The notes under the pieces are model-generated. The model was not told the origin of the DNA. It did no database searches and was given only the letters and a program-made list of their open reading frames with translations. Below are positions 17,071 through 27,467 of a stretch of DNA of 64,000 bases, piece after piece. The stretch is from a virus. Made by a program: the position numbers and the translations under genes. The stretch is from the IMG/VR virus record IMGVR_UViG_3300031911_000002, positions 1-64,000 of that record; one strand, 5' to 3'. Position 1 is the stretch's first letter, and each line of letters opens with the position of its first letter.

Positions 17071-18918
17071 GTGGGTCTGCTCAGTGCCATCGCACGACCG
17101 GGGCAGCGGTCCCTGGTCGCGTCCGCCGCGCCCCTGTCCGTCCCGGAAGCGCTGACGGCCGCTGCCGCGCCTCCACGGGGCCCCGGCGCGCAGTTCATCC
17201 GTCACACCGAGAAGTGGCAGGACGAGGTCTGGCGGTACTACGACTCCCTGGGGGAGTTCAACTACGGGATCTGGTGGCTGAGCAACATGCTCTCCCGCGT
17301 CCGGCTCCGGGCGGGCAAGCTCCAGCCCGACACCGACGAGCCGGAGATCCAGACGGAGGGCCCTGCGGCGGAGCTGATGATGCGCCTCGGGGGAGGCGTC
17401 GGCGGCCAGGCGCAGCTCATGAAGCGGTTCACGGTGCAGCTCCAGATCCCCGGCGAGGGGTACCTGATCGGGGAGCAGGACGGCACGCGGGAGCGCTGGC
17501 AGGTCCGGTCCGTGGACGAGATCCGGGCGCAGTCCGGGACGTACTACGTCATGGACGAGACGAGCGTCAACGCCGGTCAGGACTGGAGGCCGATCGCAGC
17601 CGACTCCCTGGTCACCCGCGTCTGGCGCCCGCACGACCGGTACTTCCACCTGGCCGACTCCCCGGCCCGCAGCGCGCGGGAGATCATGCGGGAGCTGGAG
17701 CTGGTCAACAGGAAGATCGCAGCGGAGTACCTCAGCCGCCTCGCGTCCGCCGGTCTCATCGGCATCCCCGACGACATCACGTTCCCTGTACGTGAGGAGT
17801 TCGCAGACGCCCCCAACCCCCTGGTGTCGGAGTTCATCGAGGTGGCCGCAGAGGCTATCCAAAAGCCCGGCACCGCGTCCTCCGTCATCCCCATCCCGGT
17901 CGTCGGTCCGGCTGATTCCATCGCTGCGATCCGGCACATTGACTTCACGCTGAAGATCGATGAGACGATCATCGAAAAGCGGGAGAGCGCGATCAAGCGG
18001 CTGGCCACCAAGCTGGACATGCCCGCAGAGATCCTCCTCGGGATGGGCGACGTCAACCACTGGGGGGCGTGGCAGCTGGAGGAGGGCGCGCTGAAGACCC
18101 ACATCGCCCCTGTGGCCGAGCTGATCTGCGACTCCCTGACGCGCGGGTACCTCCAGCCCCGTCTGGAGGCGTCCGGCGAGGACGCCACGGACTATGTCGT
18201 CTGGTACGACATGAGCGAGCTGGCGCTGCGCCCCGACCGCAGCGAGAACGCCAAGGAGGCGTACGACCGGCTGGAGATCTCCGGCTCCGCCCTGCGCCGT
18301 GAGCTGGGGTTCGATGAGGACGACAAGCCCGACGACGAGGAGCTGACCGAGCAGGCCCTCAAGGTCATCATCCACACCCTCCCCTCCGGCGCCGCGTCCG
18401 CACTGGCGCAGCTCACCGGCAAGGCCGTCCAGCCGATCGTCCCGGTGTCCCCGCAGGATCCGGGGACGGCCGAGGCGGTGCAGGAGGGCAACACGCCCCC
18501 GCCCGGCGGAGCGGCCGGGCAGAGCGCACCCGAGAAGCAGCCTCCCGCTGCTCAGGAGAGCCCCGCAACCGGTCCTCCACCCGAACCCCAGGGGGCGGGC
18601 CCGTCGGCCGCAGAGAGGGCAGCCCGTGCCCGTCTGCTGATCCAGCAGGCGCAGACTCAGCACGTCGTCCGCTTCACCGTGGGGGACAAGAGGTGGGAGC
18701 TGCTCCACCCGCAGCTCTGCCACGACCACGAATACTCGTGCCCCTACACCCACGCCGTCAGCCGGGACGCCCCTGTCGTCCGGCCGGGGTCGAGCGGGAC
18801 CTACCTGTGCCACCTGGACGCGTTCGGCCGCCTGGCGGTCGACGGCCGGGCCCCCTACCTCGACACCCACGGCCTGATCAGCACGCGGCTCGTCCCGGCG
18901 GTGAACGGCCGTGGCTGA
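17071..18918 (+). CDS. Portal protein
   Basis: WQDEVWRYYD.LGE..Y, VWRPH, ADSP, E.LLG..NHW.AW; GGAGG before GTG; position after TerL. Confidence 0.88.
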   Translation: MGLLSAIARPGQRSLVASAAPLSVPEALTAAAAPPRGPGAQFIRHTEKWQDEVWRYYDSLGEFNYGIWWLSNMLSRVRLRAGKLQPDTDEPEIQTEGPAAELMMRLGGGVGGQAQLMKRFTVQLQIPGEGYLIGEQDGTRERWQVRSVDEIRAQSGTYYVMDETSVNAGQDWRPIAADSLVTRVWRPHDRYFHLADSPARSAREIMRELELVNRKIAAEYLSRLASAGLIGIPDDITFPVREEFADAPNPLVSEFIEVAAEAIQKPGTASSVIPIPVVGPADSIAAIRHIDFTLKIDETIIEKRESAIKRLATKLDMPAEILLGMGDVNHWGAWQLEEGALKTHIAPVAELICDSLTRGYLQPRLEASGEDATDYVVWYDMSELALRPDRSENAKEAYDRLEISGSALRRELGFDEDDKPDDEELTEQALKVIIHTLPSGAASALAQLTGKAVQPIVPVSPQDPGTAEAVQEGNTPPPGGAAGQSAPEKQPPAAQESPATGPPPEPQGAGPSAAERAARARLLIQQAQTQHVVRFTVGDKRWELLHPQLCHDHEYSCPYTHAVSRDAPVVRPGSSGTYLCHLDAFGRLAVDGRAPYLDTHGLISTRLVPAVNGRG

Positions 18919-21900
18919 GACGTTCCACCGCCGGGGGCACCACAGCCAGCGGGCCCACGGCCGCCGGGTCAGCCTCGCGACCGACACCAGCCACACCCAG
19001 GGCGGGATGATCGCGCTCATGCCGTCGGCGGCCGACGCGAAACGTCTCGCGCTCCCCGGCGGAGAGCCTGCGGCGGAACTGCACTGCACGCTGTTCTACC
19101 TCGGGGATGACGGCAGCGTCTGGGACGAGGACCAGCGAAACGAACTGGAGGCCCTGGTCCGCGCCCGCGTGGAGGAACTGCCCCCGGTCCCGGCACGGGT
19201 GTTCGGCGTGGCGCACTGGAACGGGGACGGCGACAAGCCGTCCTGGGTGTGGTCCGTGGGGGACGACCCGGAGGCCGGTCTGACCGACACCTGCCTGGAG
19301 GAGGTGCGGGCCGACGTCACGGACGCACTGGAGTCCACGCACGAGCGGCCGGAACTGCCCGTGCAGCACAGCCCGTGGGTGGCCCACATCTGCGCCGCCT
19401 ACGACAGCGACCTCACTCTGATGCGCGCCCTGGAGAAACGGATCGGCCCCGTTACGTTCGACCGGGTCCGGCTCAGCTTCGGGGACGACGACCGGGACAT
19501 CCCCCTTGGAGGTACAGCCGTCAGCCTCACCGCTTCCGCCTTGCGCCGGGACCCGCTGGATCACGAGTCGTTCTGTGACTTCGCCGAGCACAACCGGCAG
19601 TGGGAGAACGCCGTGTCGGCCGCGACCGGCCGCATGATCAGTGTCTACGCCGGGTGGCGCACCTGGATCTCCGAGCAGATCAAGGCCGGAGCCGACACCC
19701 CGGAGGAGCTGGCTGCGCTCACCCTCGGTCCGGAGCAGGGCGTGGACCAGGCGGCCGAGATGCTCGCAGAGGCCATGACCGACCTCGCGCGCCGGGCGGG
19801 ACAGGCGCTCCAGCGCGAGGCGGAGCGCCAGGGAGTTGCCGTGCCGGAGTGGAGCCTGCCGGAGGACGCCGTCACGGCGGCCGTCGGCGGCCGGAGGCTG
19901 ATCTCCTCCGTGGCGCGCATGACGGCGGACCTGATGGCCACCTCGGTGGTCCAGACGGCCAAGCGGGTCGTCACGGGACTGTTCACGCGGGACGCTCCTC
20001 CCAAGCAGATCGCTGACGAGGTCGACCGCGTCCTGGCGGACAGCCAGGACAGCCTGATCAAGTCTCAGATCGGAACGGCGATGAGCACCGCGCAGACGGC
20101 CGGGCGTCAGGCGGTCCTGGAGGCCGCTTCTCCGGGGGAGTACTACGCCTCCGAGATGCTCGACAAGAACACCTGCTCCCCCTGCAAGGCCGTGGACGGC
20201 GAGCAGTTCGGTTCGCTGGAGATCGCGATCAAGGCGTACCCCGTCATGGGGTACAAGGACTGCATCGGCCCTCGTTACGGCAACTCGTGCCGGGGGATGA
20301 TCGTGGCCCGGTGGACGCCGGGGGAGACCGGCGACGAGGACGAGCCAGAGGCGCAGACCGCCTCAGCCGCTACCATGCGCGCAGACGCCGAGATGATCGG
20401 GGAGGGCACCGTGCCCTGGCACACCGTGAAGGACCACTCCGAGTGCGACGGCGGATGGGCCGTCGTCAAGGACTCCGACGGGTCCGTGGCGGGGTGCCAC
20501 GACTCCAAGGCGGACGCCGACAAGCAGATGGCCGCCCTGTACGCGAACGAAGGAGACAGCGCCGTGACGACAGAAGCTCTCCGCCGGGGTGAGCCCAGCG
20601 AGGGGACCAAGAAGGACAAGAGGCTCAAGGAGAACAAGTACGGCGACGGCATGGAGCACGACTGCCCGCCGGGGATGGAGCCGGACCAGCAGACCGGCAA
20701 GTGCGTGGAGATGTCCGGCACGAGCCAGGCCCTGGAGGTACAGGGACCGGCGCCGGAGGACATCGGGGGCGAGAACACCGCGCCCTGGCGCGGCCCCCTG
20801 ACCGTGGAGGGCATCGAGACCGGTGACGGCCGAGAGTTCGACTCCGGAGCGCTCACGTGGGCCGACCTCCCCCTGCCCCTGCGCTGGAACAAGGAGGACA
20901 GCCACGGGGGCGAGCCCCACACCGTGGCCGTCAACGTCGGCCGGATCGACAAGATCTGGCGCGAGGACTCCGGCCTGATCATGGGTGAGGGGCTGCTCGA
21001 CCTCAGCGACGACGACGGCCGCCGGGTCCACGCCAAGATCGAGGGCAAGTTCCTGCGGGGCGTCTCGGTCGACGTCGACTCCGTCAAGGACGCCGACATG
21101 GAACTGATCTACCCGGTCACGGACCCGGACGGCGAGGACGACCCGGACCCGTTCGCGCAGCTGTTCGCCGCGCCGGAGAAGGTGGTGTTCCACCGGGGCC
21201 GGATCCGTGCGGCCACCCTCGTCGACATCCCCGCGTTCGCAGAGGCGTACATCGCCCTGCTCGGGGAGGACGGGGCCGTGGTTGCAGGCGGGGAGCCCAT
21301 TGGGGCGATGCGCGCGGTGTACGGAGTCCGCACCCGGACCCTGACCGTGGAGGCGCCGGAGCGTCCTCCGGCCGACTGGTTCGCCAACCCGGACCTGTCC
21401 GTGCCGACCGGCATCACCGTGACCCCCGAGGGCCGTGTCTACGGCCACGCCGCCCTGTGGGGCACCTGCCACATCGGGCAGGCAGGGCTGTGCGTCACGC
21501 CCCCGCGCGAGGACTCGCACCCGTACTTCATGACCGGCAACGTGTGGACCGAGGACGGCGGCTCCGCGTCCGTCGGCCAGATCACGGTCGGCACCGGGCA
21601 CGCCCCGATCAACCTGGGGCACCGTGCAGCGAGCGACCACTACGACAACACGGGGTCCGCCGTGGCGGACGTCGCCGTCGGCAACGACAGCCACGGCATC
21701 TGGGTCGCCGGATCGATCCGGCCCGGATCGTCGCCCTCCCGCATCCACGAGCTGCGCGCGGCCGGTCAGGTCTCCGGGGACTGGCGCCGAATCGGCGGAC
21801 AGCTGCGGCTGGTGGGCCTGCTCGCCGTGAACGTCCCCGGATTCCCGGTCCCGAAGCTCAGCACCACGTACGCCGGGGGCCAGCAGCTCGCCCTCGTCGC

Positions 21901-22009
21901 GGCGGGCATCCCGGCCCTCACGGAACAGCTCGGCGAGGATGAGCTGGACCAGTGGGCTTACGATCGGATCATGACCAAGATGGCCCAGCGAGTGCACGGA
22001 ACGAGGTGA
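18911..22009 (+). CDS. 2H-phosphoesterase + MuF head-morphogenesis + capsid maturation protease fusion
   Basis: HCTL and HICA motifs; DKNTCSPC..C.G..CRG; EGIETGDGR, RGVSVD, ATLVDIPAF, SGDWR, AVNVPGFP. Confidence 0.8.
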   Translation: MAETFHRRGHHSQRAHGRRVSLATDTSHTQGGMIALMPSAADAKRLALPGGEPAAELHCTLFYLGDDGSVWDEDQRNELEALVRARVEELPPVPARVFGVAHWNGDGDKPSWVWSVGDDPEAGLTDTCLEEVRADVTDALESTHERPELPVQHSPWVAHICAAYDSDLTLMRALEKRIGPVTFDRVRLSFGDDDRDIPLGGTAVSLTASALRRDPLDHESFCDFAEHNRQWENAVSAATGRMISVYAGWRTWISEQIKAGADTPEELAALTLGPEQGVDQAAEMLAEAMTDLARRAGQALQREAERQGVAVPEWSLPEDAVTAAVGGRRLISSVARMTADLMATSVVQTAKRVVTGLFTRDAPPKQIADEVDRVLADSQDSLIKSQIGTAMSTAQTAGRQAVLEAASPGEYYASEMLDKNTCSPCKAVDGEQFGSLEIAIKAYPVMGYKDCIGPRYGNSCRGMIVARWTPGETGDEDEPEAQTASAATMRADAEMIGEGTVPWHTVKDHSECDGGWAVVKDSDGSVAGCHDSKADADKQMAALYANEGDSAVTTEALRRGEPSEGTKKDKRLKENKYGDGMEHDCPPGMEPDQQTGKCVEMSGTSQALEVQGPAPEDIGGENTAPWRGPLTVEGIETGDGREFDSGALTWADLPLPLRWNKEDSHGGEPHTVAVNVGRIDKIWREDSGLIMGEGLLDLSDDDGRRVHAKIEGKFLRGVSVDVDSVKDADMELIYPVTDPDGEDDPDPFAQLFAAPEKVVFHRGRIRAATLVDIPAFAEAYIALLGEDGAVVAGGEPIGAMRAVYGVRTRTLTVEAPERPPADWFANPDLSVPTGITVTPEGRVYGHAALWGTCHIGQAGLCVTPPREDSHPYFMTGNVWTEDGGSASVGQITVGTGHAPINLGHRAASDHYDNTGSAVADVAVGNDSHGIWVAGSIRPGSSPSRIHELRAAGQVSGDWRRIGGQLRLVGLLAVNVPGFPVPKLSTTYAGGQQLALVAAGIPALTEQLGEDELDQWAYDRIMTKMAQRVHGTR

Positions 22010-22014
22010 TCATC

Positions 22015-22089
22015 ATGTGTGGCTGCAACAAGCCTGCGCCCCCTCCGCCCCCGCCCCCTCCGGGTCCCGGTGGTCCCAGCGGATCCTGA
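22015..22089 (+). CDS. 24-aa Cys/poly-Pro micro-ORF
   Basis: MCGCNKPAPPPPPPPPGPGGPSGS with GAGGTG RBS, between protease and capsid genes. Confidence 0.5.
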   Translation: MCGCNKPAPPPPPPPPGPGGPSGS

Positions 22090-22201
22090 CCTGCGAATTC
22101 CCTGAACCGGTTCGTCTAAATGACCTCATTTGGGCGGGCCGGTTTCGTCTGCTACGGTGCGCGCGACAACGATCATTCGGCCGTCACCCACGGAGGTTAC
22201 A

Positions 22202-23989
22202 GTGCCGGAGCCTCAGCTGTTCGAAGCACCCGCTGACCTCACCCTGGTGGGGGACGTGGATCTCCAGTCCCTGGAGACGCAGGCCGTGGCGGAGTTCGAC
22301 CGGGTGATGGGTCTGGAGACCCGCACTCCGGACGACGTCATCTACGCGCAGCGTCTCACCGGGGACCTGGACAAGATCCGGGCGGAGCTGCGGGTGCGCA
22401 AGACCCGCGCCGACGAGCAGGCAGCCCTCGCGCGCCAGGAGACCGAGCGCCAGATGGCGTCCCTCAGTGAGCGGGTCCACGGCCCCGGCGACGGCGGTGA
22501 GCCCACGGCGGCCGTCACCGCCGGAGGCGACCGGGTCGACCTCGCCGCACTCACCCAGGCGACCGCCCAGGGTGTCGCCCTTGCGCTGTTCGGGGACGAC
22601 CAGGGGAAGCTGGAGCAGGCCAAGCGCCGGTTCGCGACCCTGTCCGCCACCCGCGACCGTGCCCCGGACCCGCGCGTCCCCGAGCGCACCGACGCCATCA
22701 CCGCCTCCGTCGACATCCCCGGCGTACAGGCCGGTCAGACTCTGCCGACCCTGGAGGCCCTCGGGGAAGCGTTCCGCTCCAAGGCCAAGGCCATCCCGGT
22801 CACCATGGCCGGACAGGGCGCCGCGCGTCACCTCGTGGCGTCCGTCCGCAACCGGTTCGAGCACACGGTGGACAACCGGACCGCCCACGCCGAGGTCGAG
22901 CGCCTGCTGCGCTCGATGGTGGACGGGGTCGACTCCGCCGACGCTCTCGTGGCCGGTGGTGGATGGTGCGCCCCCTCCGAGGTCAAGTACGACTTCTTCA
23001 ACATCGCGTCGGCCGCACCCCGGATGATCGACCTGCCGACCGTCGGCGTGAGCCGGGGTGGCATCCGCTTCCCGGTCTCCCCCGCCATCGGTGACACGTT
23101 CTTCCAGGCCAACGCCGGGTCCAGCCCCGCGTCCGGCTTCGGCGGGTTCGCGTTCTCGATGAGCAACGCGACTGACCCGTGGCTGTGGACCGAGTCTGAC
23201 GACGCCCTGACGGTCACAGGCTCCGTCAACAAGCCGACCCTGCGGGTTCCCTGCCCCTCGTTCAGCGAGGTCCGGCTGGAGTGCTACGGCATCAGCCTCA
23301 CGGCGGGCAACCTGACGGACGACGCCTACCCGGAGAGCACCCAGAACTTCATCCAGCTCCTCCGCGCCGCCTACGCCCACGCCATCAACGCGCGCCTGAT
23401 CAGCCTGATGCAGACCGCATCGGAGTCGGCGGTGAGCATCGGTACGGCCGCCCACGGTGTCATCCCGCAGCTCCCCAACGCCGTGGCCCTCGCCGCGACC
23501 GACTACCGCACCCGGTTCGCCATGGACGAGAACGCCGTCCTGGAGGTCGTGCTCCCGTACTGGGTGCTGGAGATGGCCCGCTCCGACCTCGGCTACAAGC
23601 CCGGCAACGACAGCCCCGACGACATGGCTGTGGCCGACGCGACGATCGTTTCGATGTTCACCGCGCGCAACGTCCGGCCGCAGTTCGTCAGCGACTACCA
23701 GGTGCGCGGCACCGGCCTGCCGGGCGTGAGCACCAACAACCTGGCCGCCTGGCCCACGAGCGTGGAGTTCATGCTGTACGCGGCAGGCACGTTCGTCCAC
23801 GGCAACGGCCTTCAGCTGGACCTCGGCGTCATCCGGGACTCCGTCCTCAACGCGGAGAACGACTTCACCGCGCTGTGGGCGGAGGAGTGCCACCTGATCG
23901 CCAAGGTCGGTCACCAGTCCCGCCGGTACACCGCAGCCATCCGGGTGGACGGCACGGTCGGTGCCGGGGTCGCGGCTGCGAAGGTGTGA
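22202..23989 (+). CDS. Major capsid (hexamer) protein with N-terminal scaffold-like region
   Basis: GGAGG RBS; ALVAGGGWCAPSE, DLPTVGVSRGGIRF, DSVLNAENDFT. Confidence 0.85.
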   Translation: MPEPQLFEAPADLTLVGDVDLQSLETQAVAEFDRVMGLETRTPDDVIYAQRLTGDLDKIRAELRVRKTRADEQAALARQETERQMASLSERVHGPGDGGEPTAAVTAGGDRVDLAALTQATAQGVALALFGDDQGKLEQAKRRFATLSATRDRAPDPRVPERTDAITASVDIPGVQAGQTLPTLEALGEAFRSKAKAIPVTMAGQGAARHLVASVRNRFEHTVDNRTAHAEVERLLRSMVDGVDSADALVAGGGWCAPSEVKYDFFNIASAAPRMIDLPTVGVSRGGIRFPVSPAIGDTFFQANAGSSPASGFGGFAFSMSNATDPWLWTESDDALTVTGSVNKPTLRVPCPSFSEVRLECYGISLTAGNLTDDAYPESTQNFIQLLRAAYAHAINARLISLMQTASESAVSIGTAAHGVIPQLPNAVALAATDYRTRFAMDENAVLEVVLPYWVLEMARSDLGYKPGNDSPDDMAVADATIVSMFTARNVRPQFVSDYQVRGTGLPGVSTNNLAAWPTSVEFMLYAAGTFVHGNGLQLDLGVIRDSVLNAENDFTALWAEECHLIAKVGHQSRRYTAAIRVDGTVGAGVAAAKV

Positions 23990-24034
23990 TCCCTCCTGCC
24001 CAGCCGTCCCACAGGACCGAAAGGAGGGTGACCA

Positions 24035-24934
24035 ATGGCTGGAGCACGGGACTTCATCAACGGCCCGGAGTTCACTCCGCTCCCCAACTTCCTGTGGGAC
24101 GCGGCGCAGCACCCGGCGACCGAGGACGCCCACTGGCAGAACGGTGTCACCTGGATCGAGCGCTGCGGGGGCGGAGGCACCGCGTACGACGAGTGCATCG
24201 CCGTCACTGGGACCGGAGGCACTCCGGCCGCACAGGCTGCCCTCGCCGACAACGTCGATCAGTCCAACCGGGGCGCCACGGCCTTCACGGTGTACGCGGA
24301 GTTCGACTGCGCGCCGGTTGGTCAGGACTACATGCAGGACAAGGCCGTGGAGGCCCTGGCCAAGCGTGAGCCGTACCTGGTCAGCCGTGCGTTCTGGACG
24401 GGAACGGCCGGATCCTCGAACGGGACCGGTCAGACCACGGTTTGGCCTCACCTCGCCGCCAACGCGACGCTCGACGACCCGCAGGGGATCCGGCTCCAGA
24501 CGGCGGCCAGCCCGCTCGTCACCGGGGGCGAGGATCCGGCTGTGGCGCTCGGTCAGCTGGAGGCCCGGCTGGTGGAGTGCTACGGCGGCCAGGGCGTGGT
24601 CCACATGGCGTACGAGGCTCTGCCCACGTTCGTCGCTCGTGGGCTGGTCCGGGTCGACGGAGACCGTCTGGTCACCGTAGCGGGCAACATCGTGGTTCCT
24701 GGACAAGGCTACGCCGGAACGTCCCCAGCGGGCGCGGCCCCAGCCGCCGGAACCTCCTGGGTGTACGCGACTGGCGCCCTGTTCGGGTTCCGGTCGGAGG
24801 TGTTCGCACGGGAGTTTCCCGACACGTTCGACCGGGCCGAGAACACGGTGCGCATGCTCGCGTCCCGTACGTACCTGTTTGGATACGACTGCTGCCACCT
24901 GGCGGCTCTCGTCAACCTCGGTGTTCCCACGTAA
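24035..24934 (+). CDS. Capsid pentamer/minor capsid protein
   Basis: HWQNGVTW, FTVYAEFDC, GNIVVPGQGY, WVYATG; directly after the major capsid gene. Confidence 0.65.
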   Translation: MAGARDFINGPEFTPLPNFLWDAAQHPATEDAHWQNGVTWIERCGGGGTAYDECIAVTGTGGTPAAQAALADNVDQSNRGATAFTVYAEFDCAPVGQDYMQDKAVEALAKREPYLVSRAFWTGTAGSSNGTGQTTVWPHLAANATLDDPQGIRLQTAASPLVTGGEDPAVALGQLEARLVECYGGQGVVHMAYEALPTFVARGLVRVDGDRLVTVAGNIVVPGQGYAGTSPAGAAPAAGTSWVYATGALFGFRSEVFAREFPDTFDRAENTVRMLASRTYLFGYDCCHLAALVNLGVPT

Positions 24935-24944
24935 GGGGTGAACA

Positions 24945-25643
24945 GTGGTAGCAACAGTCTCTGCGTGCGCAACCCCGATCAAGGGAACGCACATGCGCGT
25001 GGTCCGTCTGGACTCCTGCGGTCTCCCGGTCACCGGCACCGGCTCCCTGGTCGTCGTGACCAAGGGATTCGTGCAGGTGCAGAACGAGCCGCAGTACGAG
25101 GACGGAGAGGAATTCTTCGAGCGGACCGCCGACGGCACCGTCTGTGTCAACCAGAAGGACGACCCTGTCCTCAAGCGCTTCCAGCTCACGATGGATTTCT
25201 GCGAGGTCAACACGACCATGCTGGCCTTCATGACCAGCGCTCGGGAGCTGACGGCGTCCGGAGCGGGGGTCACCGGGTCCGGCATGGCGTTCGCGGAGGG
25301 GTCCCCGTCGAACCGGTACTCGCTGGAGGTCTGGCAGAAAGTCGCCGGATCCGGGGCGTGCGACGCGTCCGGCGCGCAGCGGTACATCTACAACGCGTGG
25401 CCGAACCTCGGGGCGAGCAAGCTGGGCTCGTACTCCATCGAGAACGGCCGCTCCACGTTCCAGCTCATGAGCGAGTCCCAGGCCGGGTCGACCACGGCGA
25501 CCGTCGGCTGGCTCAACGGGCCGGGCTCCAGCACGAGCTGGCTGCCGTCCGGGGAGACGCTCGGGACCGGGGAGCACTGGCTGTGGAACATCACGACCAC
25601 GGCTCCGCCGACAGCGGCGTGCAACCCGACCACCCTTACGTGA
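24945..25643 (+). CDS. Major tail protein
   Basis: MRVVRLDSCG..TKGFVQV..YEDGEE..ADG..C, YSLEVW. Confidence 0.8.
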   Translation: MVATVSACATPIKGTHMRVVRLDSCGLPVTGTGSLVVVTKGFVQVQNEPQYEDGEEFFERTADGTVCVNQKDDPVLKRFQLTMDFCEVNTTMLAFMTSARELTASGAGVTGSGMAFAEGSPSNRYSLEVWQKVAGSGACDASGAQRYIYNAWPNLGASKLGSYSIENGRSTFQLMSESQAGSTTATVGWLNGPGSSTSWLPSGETLGTGEHWLWNITTTAPPTAACNPTTLT

Positions 25644-25951
25644 TCCTTCACGCGGAGCAGCGCTGGGTCTGCCCCAACTGTCCGGCCACGGCCGTGACGG
25701 AGGGGCGGACCAACCGTTTCCACCGCTGCACGGGCCTGCGCCTGCTCCTCGCGCCCATGGTCCTGGAGGGAACCCGCTGCAAGGTGGTGGCGCGGGAGCG
25801 CGAGGACTACGTGGGCCGGGAGACCGTACAGTGCGATGGCGAGGGGCGCCCGGTCGCCGCCATCATGACCGTGCGGGACGATGGCGAGGACTGCACCGTG
25901 CTGGCGCCTGCGGCCCGTATGAGGATGGTGTCCGATGGCGTGGAGCGCTAG
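25640..25951 (+). CDS. Hypothetical Zn-ribbon protein
   Basis: GTGA overlap; WVCPNC..FHRC..EREDYVG..RDDGEDC. Confidence 0.6.
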   Translation: MILHAEQRWVCPNCPATAVTEGRTNRFHRCTGLRLLLAPMVLEGTRCKVVAREREDYVGRETVQCDGEGRPVAAIMTVRDDGEDCTVLAPAARMRMVSDGVER

Positions 25952-26441
25952 CGCGATCTTCCGGGAGTGGCCCCGGTCCGTGATGGGACAGGGACAGACG
26001 GCGGCCGTTCTCCCGGCCGGGTACGCCGGACTGGGAGCCGACACCGTCAAGTGCGCCCTGTTCGGAGGCAACACCCCGGACAAGGACGCGGTCCTCGCGC
26101 AGACCGGCTACAACTCCGGCTCGTCCCAGTGGGTCACGGCGAACGAGAAGACGGGCGGGGCCGACTGGGTCTCCGGCGGCCGGACTCTGGGATCCAAGAC
26201 CCTGACCACCCCGTCCTCCGGGGTGTTCATGTTCGACGCGGCAGACCTGACGAGTGCGGCGACCGCCACGATGTCGAACGTCGAGGGGGCCCTGATCTAC
26301 GACGACACGATCACCGCCGGGACCGGCGGGGTGGCGGACCAGGGTGTCTGTTACCTCTGGTTCGGGGGCGCTCAGTCGGTCACCTCGGGGACGTTCTCCG
26401 TGATCTTCAACGCCGACGGACTGCTCCGGATCTCGGTTTAG
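25935..26441 (+). CDS. Putative virion structural protein
   Basis: GAGG RBS; KCALF, FDAAD, ALIYDD; Gly/Ser/Thr-rich. Confidence 0.6.
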   Translation: MAWSASAIFREWPRSVMGQGQTAAVLPAGYAGLGADTVKCALFGGNTPDKDAVLAQTGYNSGSSQWVTANEKTGGADWVSGGRTLGSKTLTTPSSGVFMFDAADLTSAATATMSNVEGALIYDDTITAGTGGVADQGVCYLWFGGAQSVTSGTFSVIFNADGLLRISV

Positions 26442-26454
26442 TTTATTCGTCCCG

Positions 26455-26663
26455 CCGGATACCTATCCGGTTACCCGGAGTCGCTTTAGCTAAATCTACC
26501 GATGCGTAGCGTAGCGGAAGCACGAGGTTGCGTTCTCCGCAGCGATCTGCGGACACCCTGTCTCCCCGGACACCCGTCCGGAGTTCGTTGTTCGGCCAGG
26601 TCGGGCCACAGATCGCTACCGGCCGGTAAGAGGCCGTAGGCCACGGCCCGTATATCCTTCCGT
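26455..26663 (-). repeat. Dispersed 209-bp element, copy 2
   Basis: Near-identical core to copies 3 and 4; intergenic and opposite in orientation to copy 1. Confidence 0.92.
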
Positions 26664-26675
26664 CGGGAGGTCGCC

Positions 26676-27467
26676 GTGACTGCTGACTTCGGGCCCTGTG
26701 AGAACTGGCCGATCCACTGGACGTGCCAGACGTCCTCGCTGGATCCGGCCGTGACCGGGTACGCCGTATCGATGGCGACGCGGGTGCTGTGGTCGCTCTC
26801 CGGCCGCCGGTTCGGCACTTGCCAGACCACGCTCCGCCCGTGCCGCAAGGACTGTTACGACTCCTGGCCGTGGGGGTGGACCGAGTGGGACAACTCCGTG
26901 CTCGGGACCTCGGTCTGGTCCTCGTACCGCTACTGGTTCCCGCTCGCCTGCGGTGCCTGCACCACCGGCTGCTCGTGCTCCCGCGTCTCTGAGGTCGTCC
27001 TCCCCTCCCCCGTCAACAGCATCGTCCAGGTGAAGGTCGACGGCACCCCGCTCGTCACCGGGGCGTACCGGGTCGACAACAACCGGCTGCTGGTACGTAC
27101 GGACGGCCAGGAGTGGCCTCTCTGCAACGATCTGAGCAAGGACGACACAGAGGCTGGCACGTGGTCCGTAACGGCCCTGTACGGCGAGGACGTGCCGGAG
27201 GGGGCCCGTCTCGCGATGGGTGAACTGGCCTGCGAGATCAGCAAGGCCGGAGCCGGTCAGGACTGCCGCCTTCCCCCCGGCGTCACCCAGCTCGTCCGGC
27301 AGGGTGTGACGATCCAGTACCCGGATGTCGGCCAGCTCCTGAAGGACGGCCGCACCGGCCTGTACCTCGTGGACATGTTCATCGCGGCGGAGAACCCTCA
27401 CGGCCTCACCCAGCGGGGCCGGGTCTACAGCGTGGACCGGGCCCTGAGCCGGAGGACGAACACATGA
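26676..27467 (+). CDS. Head-to-tail adaptor
   Basis: LWSLSGRRFG.C, ELACE, CRLP..VRQGVT, TGL..VD. Confidence 0.78.
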   Translation: MTADFGPCENWPIHWTCQTSSLDPAVTGYAVSMATRVLWSLSGRRFGTCQTTLRPCRKDCYDSWPWGWTEWDNSVLGTSVWSSYRYWFPLACGACTTGCSCSRVSEVVLPSPVNSIVQVKVDGTPLVTGAYRVDNNRLLVRTDGQEWPLCNDLSKDDTEAGTWSVTALYGEDVPEGARLAMGELACEISKAGAGQDCRLPPGVTQLVRQGVTIQYPDVGQLLKDGRTGLYLVDMFIAAENPHGLTQRGRVYSVDRALSRRTNT

